Of a DNA stretch of 64,000 bases, positions 59,097 to 64,000 are shown one piece after another (position 1 is the first letter of the stretch; the number at the start of each line of letters is the position of its first letter). Under the pieces are notes generated by a model. That model ran no database searches, had not been told where the DNA came from, and saw nothing but the letters and a program-made list of their open reading frames with translations. The position numbers were made by a program, and so were the translations under genes. The stretch lies in assembly GCA_964627245.1 (NCBI GenBank), contig CAZVGS010000003.1, positions 47,551 to 111,550 of the forward strand, read 5' to 3'. Source of the DNA: an uncultured Gammaproteobacteria bacterium. GTDB lineage: Bacteria > Patescibacteriota > Microgenomatia > Levybacterales > GWA1-39-11.

Positions 59097-60824
59097 TTAA
59101 TTGCAGTTTTTGTTAAATAGCGTAATGTATTTATTATAGTCAGGCTCCTTAAATTTTAGTTTGAGTACCGCAACGTGTCTTAATGCTGTACAATTTTCCG
59201 GCTCAAATTCGAGGTACTTAAGATCCATATCAAGCATGGGGCGATACCATTCAAGAATTCTGAAAAGATTTGATAAATCTCCAATTTTATCTTTACTGTA
59301 TTCATTCAGGTTTTTAATATTGACATTTTTCTCCGTTATTTCGTTTTCTTGAATAGCCAGTTTATTTTGTGGGTTGTTATTAAGAAAAATTATTATTCTG
59401 CTGTCAAGATAAATTATCTTCCAATTTGGATCTTTACTAAGAGAAGTTAAAACGGGATTTGTCATTTGGGTTTGATTTTTATGTTCATAAAAAATGGCAT
59501 TGATCTTATATTTATTGCTAAGCCTAACGAATGACGGATATGAACTTTCCATGGGGTAATAGACTTCCTTAAAAAATTTAGAAGGATACTGCTCGGGGTT
59601 ACCGTCAACAAATATTCTTTCCTTAGGATAAAGTCTATATTCTAAGTAATTACCTATATTATAGTTATTAAAAATCGGCCCACTGATCTTATTTTTAATC
59701 AAAAAATTTACAGCACTATTTGCTTCATCAATAACTCCAAATCCCACTCCGTGCAATTTGAAATTCAAATAGACACCGGGTATGGAAATTAGAATAACAA
59801 CAAGAACAATAGTCTCCTTAAGATGCTTATTTTTACTAATTACCGAACTCTTAAGTGCAATTATTACAATTCTAGTCATTACAATGAAGGTTCCCAAGGC
59901 AAAGAGTGGAAAATTTCTAACGGCAAAAAAGGCAAGGAGAGTAAAATATGCGCCAACAAGAATATCTAGTCTAGATATTTTCTTATAAAAAGTAAAAACA
60001 CCAACCCAAAGTACAAGTACCCCGGCGATAAAGTAAGCAAATGTTATATCGGCATAACCTTTGTGGATAGCTTGAAAAAAATTCAAGTTTTCAATAACTT
60101 CGTAGCCGTAATTTGTCAGAACGTGAAATGGATAAATTAATCCTTTAATATGGTTGGGATTTATTAGGCTTCCGAGAATGCACAAGGCAAATACTAGCGA
60201 TAGAGTTTTGGTTTGCTTTTTCCCTTTGTTAACAAAGGAATCTATGAAAAATATTCCAATAAGTCCCAGCCCTACAATAAAAAAAATGTGAAAATTAATC
60301 CACGATATCATTAAGATAGGAAGAAGATAAATCAGCTTCGTCGGTTTGTCCTTGAATCTGTACAAGACGAAAATGTAAATCGATAAAAGCAAATAGCTGA
60401 AAAGTTCAGGCTTAATTTCTGTTCTGTCCATTATCATTTGCAGATAGAAAATTCCGATAACCGATGCGATAGTAAGGTGCTTCTTAAGATACACAAAAAG
60501 CATGAGAAAGCTTGTGACTGCCAGAGTAACCGATAGTACTATCAAACCGTTGAATCCAAAAATACTCTTAATTAGATAATAAACAACTTCCGATAACCAC
60601 TGATTGTTCACAAAAACATACTCAGGATGTGTGAATGATATTAAATTTGTTTGGGGTACAGAAAGCGTTTTTGTTGTTATTTCGCCGAGCAGTAAGTGAT
60701 GTCCAAGATCAACATTTGTACCCTGAAGCGGAATAGGGTGGAAAAAGTATAAAAGAACTAATAAAAAAAAGGAAAGCGTTAGGGCGATAGATATTTTACT
60801 CACCTTTTTTATATATTTATTCAT
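59097..60824 (-). CDS. large polytopic membrane protein, putative GT-C-like glycosyltransferase (YfhO/ArnT-like)
   Basis: 575 aa with about 13 TM helices followed by a roughly 180-aa extracytoplasmic C-terminal domain. No sharp motif. Genomic context with a TMTC-like protein and GH1. Confidence 0.45.
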   Translation of the reverse strand: MNKYIKKVSKISIALTLSFFLLVLLYFFHPIPLQGTNVDLGHHLLLGEITTKTLSVPQTNLISFTHPEYVFVNNQWLSEVVYYLIKSIFGFNGLIVLSVTLAVTSFLMLFVYLKKHLTIASVIGIFYLQMIMDRTEIKPELFSYLLLSIYIFVLYRFKDKPTKLIYLLPILMISWINFHIFFIVGLGLIGIFFIDSFVNKGKKQTKTLSLVFALCILGSLINPNHIKGLIYPFHVLTNYGYEVIENLNFFQAIHKGYADITFAYFIAGVLVLWVGVFTFYKKISRLDILVGAYFTLLAFFAVRNFPLFALGTFIVMTRIVIIALKSSVISKNKHLKETIVLVVILISIPGVYLNFKLHGVGFGVIDEANSAVNFLIKNKISGPIFNNYNIGNYLEYRLYPKERIFVDGNPEQYPSKFFKEVYYPMESSYPSFVRLSNKYKINAIFYEHKNQTQMTNPVLTSLSKDPNWKIIYLDSRIIIFLNNNPQNKLAIQENEITEKNVNIKNLNEYSKDKIGDLSNLFRILEWYRPMLDMDLKYLEFEPENCTALRHVAVLKLKFKEPDYNKYITLFNKNCN

Positions 60825-62484
60825 TAATTTTAAGCTTTTTGCCTGTTCTTAATGTAGTTACAACATAATAATTTTTCTCACTTGGATTTATGCGATACGC
60901 GTTTTCGGAAGCGGTAAGTGCAGATGGGAGGTCATTGTTTTTGTAACTCACAAGAGACAGCATGAACCAGAAGTTTTCATTATCCGGAAATTTATCAACT
61001 GCTTTAACAAGATTTATTTGTGCATCTTTATAGTTATCGTTCTCAATTTGAAGATTTATTAAATTATTAAATGCAAGGAAATTCGGACCAATGGCAATCG
61101 ACTCCTCAAACCAATTGTAGGCTTCATCTTTATTTCCGGTTTTATAATAATAGACTCCAAGAGTGTTTGTGTTATTGGGAGTCTTAAAGTACTCAACGGA
61201 TTTTAACAAATGAGTGTAGGCTTTATCCATTTTATTCATTTGCATATATTCATAACCAAGAGAGTTTTCAAGCAAATAGCTTCTTGTAACATTAACGTCG
61301 TGCCCATATAGTGATAGTGGACTTTTCCAGTCGCCAATTCTTATGTAAGTCCTTAAGATCAGAAAAGGTATAGTTAATATGAGAAAAATCATTACAGTCA
61401 GTTTTATCCGCTTACTTTTTACTAGATCTACAAAAAATCCGGTTAGTCCCAGAAGTCCAATAATTGGGAAATAGAACCATCTATCGGCTACCGTCATTTC
61501 CAGCGGGATTATCTGTGAATGCATAATAAATCCCCCGAAAAACCACAGCAGGAAAAATAAATAGATATTAAATTTTTTAGTTTTTCTATGTTTTAGAGAA
61601 AGAATAGTAATAAGACCAAGAATTGCCAGGAATGTTAAGTAAATTTCATTCGAAAAGCTGGAGTGCTCATTTAGCCATGTTTGACCCACAGCAAGGTTGA
61701 GCGGAAAGATAAAAGTTGCTATGTAGTAGTAAAAAATAAAGGGAATATTTTCTATTCTTTGAATTAATGTGAGATTGGCAAAAACGGAATGGGGAGTTTC
61801 TCCAATTCCGACTCCAGCAACTACAAATCGTAGAAAGGCATAGATAATAATGACAACAATTATTACCGGTAGAAATTTGTATTTGTTCTTTTCTTTTAGC
61901 AACAGTGGGAATGAGGTAATTAACCATGCAAAAAGAATTCCTGATTCTTTTGAAAGAAGAGATAAGAAAAGCAACCCCCCTATGAGATAGATATTATATT
62001 TTGGGAAAGGTTTGTATAGCGCGATTGATAAAGCAATCAATCCAAAAAAGACAAACATGACATCCTGCAGGTCCGAGACATATGCAACTGCTTCAATATT
62101 TATTGGATGAATTAAAAATATCACCGAAAGAATTGCTGATATTTTTTTTGAAAAGAATTTCTTCAAGATAAATAGAACCAGGATGGAGTTTGTGATATGA
62201 AATAGAAGTTGGGGCAGGTGATAATAGAGTGGAGTTTGACCAAAGAGTTTGTAAATCAACGAAAAAAAGACGAGCATGAGAGGTCTATAGAAATTGCCGG
62301 TTACCAAAGAACTCCCGCCCAGGTCGGAGCTTGATCCCTGGAATAGCCTGAGGATTTCAAAATTTTGAATGTAGGGATGATTAATATAGCCTATGTCATC
62401 CCCCACAAATCCGTTAAAAAATATCCTGTGATAAACAGCAAGTCCAAGTAGAGAAATTAGCGCAATAACGTAGCGGGGCTTCAC
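60817..62484 (-). CDS. TMTC/DUF1736-like GT-C O-mannosyltransferase-type membrane protein with C-terminal TPR repeats
   Basis: N-terminal signature GFVGDDIGYINHPYIQN (the F-x-x-DD...I-x-N of bacterial TMTC-like proteins). Eleven or more TM helices, and C-terminal TPR-like repeats (AYTHLLKSVEYFK..., AYNWFEESIAIGPN...). Confidence 0.65.
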   Translation of the reverse strand: MKPRYVIALISLLGLAVYHRIFFNGFVGDDIGYINHPYIQNFEILRLFQGSSSDLGGSSLVTGNFYRPLMLVFFSLIYKLFGQTPLYYHLPQLLFHITNSILVLFILKKFFSKKISAILSVIFLIHPINIEAVAYVSDLQDVMFVFFGLIALSIALYKPFPKYNIYLIGGLLFLSLLSKESGILFAWLITSFPLLLKEKNKYKFLPVIIVVIIIYAFLRFVVAGVGIGETPHSVFANLTLIQRIENIPFIFYYYIATFIFPLNLAVGQTWLNEHSSFSNEIYLTFLAILGLITILSLKHRKTKKFNIYLFFLLWFFGGFIMHSQIIPLEMTVADRWFYFPIIGLLGLTGFFVDLVKSKRIKLTVMIFLILTIPFLILRTYIRIGDWKSPLSLYGHDVNVTRSYLLENSLGYEYMQMNKMDKAYTHLLKSVEYFKTPNNTNTLGVYYYKTGNKDEAYNWFEESIAIGPNFLAFNNLINLQIENDNYKDAQINLVKAVDKFPDNENFWFMLSLVSYKNNDLPSALTASENAYRINPSEKNYYVVTTLRTGKKLKINE

Positions 62485-62543
62485 ACAAAAAGTATAACAG
62501 ATGCGAATTAAGCCTGAGAGATACCTTATGTTAAAATACTTCC

Positions 62544-62906
62544 ATGGTTGATATAAAAGGAAAAGTTATTGACGGTAAAAGAAGAGGCAAAGATTTGGGC
62601 TTTCCGACTGCTAATGTCTCTCTTTCCGGAGGTGAGGAAGAAGGTATCTATATTTCTTATGCTGTCGTGAACAACAAAAAAATGCCTTCATTAACATTTA
62701 TTGGTGCTGCCGTTACTTTTGGAGAGAAAGAAGTTCAGGCGGAAACCTACATATTGGATTTCGATGAAAATTTGTACGGCAAAGAAATTGAAATTGAGCT
62801 TTTGAAAAGGATAAGAGATAACAAGAAATTTGATACTAAGGAAGAATTGATAAGACAAATGGAAAAAGATAAAATAGAGGCAGAAGAGTATTTTAAGAAT
62901 GTTTAG
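62544..62906 (+). CDS. riboflavin kinase (stand-alone RibF C-terminal-type domain)
   Basis: GKVIDGKRRGKDLGFPTANV...TYILDFDENLYGKEIEIELLKRIRDNKKFDTKEELIRQM is the riboflavin kinase signature. No FAD-synthetase N-domain is present. Confidence 0.8.
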   Translation: MVDIKGKVIDGKRRGKDLGFPTANVSLSGGEEEGIYISYAVVNNKKMPSLTFIGAAVTFGEKEVQAETYILDFDENLYGKEIEIELLKRIRDNKKFDTKEELIRQMEKDKIEAEEYFKNV

Positions 62907-63480
62907 CGGAATAATAAGAGGTTATGAAAAACCTGCAAAAATAACAAAAGTCCACGGAGGCATCCGTATGGTTATCCCAGTTCCTAAAGATTGGGAAATT
63001 TCCGAAGGGGACAGTATATCCCTTGATGGTGTGTGTACAACGGCTGAAAAAGTTGAAAATGGAACCTTTGAGACGTACTTAATGCCTGAGACCCTCGATA
63101 AATCAACTTTTGGCGCTATTGAAGGTTCACATTACTTGAATATGGAAGTCCCCCTAAGACTAAATGATCTTGTCGGTGGACACCTGGTCAGCGGTCACGT
63201 GGACACAACGGCGAAAGTTATTGATATCGTCTCTGAAGAAGATTCAAAAGTACTGCAATTTGAAATTGGTCAGAATTTCACAAAGTACATTATTTATAAA
63301 GGCTCGATATGTATCAACGGCGTCAGTCTGACAGTAACTCAAGTTTCAAAAGACACTTTTTCAGTTGCACTAATTCCATATACTCTAAAGCACACGAATT
63401 TAGGCAGTCTTAAGGTGGGAAGCAAAGTTAATATAGAACTTGATTTGGTAGCAAAATACCTCGAGAAATTTGCGCAGTGA
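62899..63480 (+). CDS. ribE: riboflavin synthase alpha subunit
   Basis: Internally duplicated lumazine-binding repeats (MFSGIIRG...SLDGVCTTA and ...SICINGVSLTV). Confidence 0.88.
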   Translation: MFSGIIRGYEKPAKITKVHGGIRMVIPVPKDWEISEGDSISLDGVCTTAEKVENGTFETYLMPETLDKSTFGAIEGSHYLNMEVPLRLNDLVGGHLVSGHVDTTAKVIDIVSEEDSKVLQFEIGQNFTKYIIYKGSICINGVSLTVTQVSKDTFSVALIPYTLKHTNLGSLKVGSKVNIELDLVAKYLEKFAQ

Positions 63481-63570
63481 CCTATTTAAGCATCAGTTTG
63501 TTCCTGATTTGTCTTTCAGAAGCCAATACCGGTTATTAGGTAAAGAGGCTGGGATATGCTTTTTAAGCCT

Positions 63571-63915
63571 TCATTTACCTTTCTTAAAGAGTAGGCGGTA
63601 AATGGAATAAATAGAGAAGTCATCCGTAAATAACAGGATCATGATAAAGAATACGCTGATCGCAATATATATTAGAGCCATAACTAAATAATTCAACTGA
63701 ACCCCAAGAATTATTGAAGCAATTACGCCCAAATTAAACACAAATGCCATGCTAGAGCTGACTTGATGCTCAGATCCCCTGCCAGGGATTTTGTCAGTAC
63801 CTAATAGTTTGGAAACTCCATAGTTATAAATATAGTCAAATGGATGCATGGGAAGTATAGCTCCAAGAAGTGCAATAAGAGCATTTACTGACAAAATATA
63901 TGGATTTACTAGCAA
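63571..63915 (-). CDS. hypothetical membrane protein
   Basis: 114 aa with three or four TM helices. No domain recognised. Confidence 0.4.
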   Translation of the reverse strand: MLVNPYILSVNALIALLGAILPMHPFDYIYNYGVSKLLGTDKIPGRGSEHQVSSSMAFVFNLGVIASIILGVQLNYLVMALIYIAISVFFIMILLFTDDFSIYSIYRLLFKKGK

Positions 63916-64000
63916 TACACCTAGGGCAACTAGTAATATGTAAAGCGGGTAGCTAAAACGGATACCGTACTGAGCGCTTCTTCTCCCCGATGTAACACGA

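Overview
This 64-kb window is AT-rich (about 38-40% GC), gene-dense and uses the standard genetic code: TGA is a stop (for example at 3050-3052) and RF2 is present. Proteins are small with short overlapping gene junctions. The content looks like a Candidate Phyla Radiation / Patescibacteria-type (Microgenomates-like) bacterium: minimal housekeeping genes, lamin-tail-domain surface proteins, many GT-C membrane glycosyltransferases and an archaeal-type AspRS. Main blocks, left to right: (1) an acyltransferase-3 gene, a secreted DPBB protein - acidic protein - UDG family 4 operon, a MazG-like gene and prfB; (2) ftsE-ftsX followed by a secreted coiled-coil plus papain-fold (PcsB-like) hydrolase; (3) a lamin-tail-domain surface protein with a Pro/Thr tandem repeat; (4) a t6A cluster, tsaE-tsaC-(half-size)tsaB; (5) a long plus-strand nucleotide-sugar and glycosylation locus (12.8-24.4 kb) with RmlA-like, RmlC-like cupin, RmlB, RmlD-like, Ugd, Rmd-like, Gmd, UDP-GlcA decarboxylase, a GT2-GtrA fusion and an ArnT/PMT-like GT-C transferase; (6) a hypothetical cluster (DUF4446-like, DUF3048, wHTH), then secD-secF, Nudix, YqeY, cca and recJ; (7) a candidate leader-peptide transcription attenuator on the minus strand, next to the aspS (archaeal-type) upstream region; (8) dacA-like carboxypeptidase, a short gltX, PAP2-like plus dgkA, DUF3467, a tRNA-binding protein, another GT-C protein and an MFS transporter; (9) a minus-strand operon of DEAD-box helicase - ATP-grasp ligase - hypothetical - secreted MsrB - membrane SAM methyltransferase; (10) a degraded integrative-element remnant: a 750-nt non-coding gap, an N-terminally truncated large serine recombinase, a TIMP-like secreted protein and a tRNA-Gln(CUG); (11) a copper homeostasis island, csoR-copA-(permease with cupredoxin-like domain)-copZ-DUF305; (12) lon, with a near-consensus promoter, a palindromic operator and a tandem duplication of its 3-prime end; (13) a GH1 beta-glucosidase plus two further GT-C membrane proteins, one TMTC-like with TPR repeats; (14) stand-alone riboflavin kinase and riboflavin synthase. 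No CRISPR array, rRNA or intact mobile element was seen. The most system-like novelty is the dense cell-envelope or protein glycosylation machinery, with four GT-C enzymes and a polyprenyl-phosphate-sugar synthase fed by three nucleotide-sugar pathways. Also notable are the candidate stalling-peptide attenuator and the recombinase/tRNA remnant.
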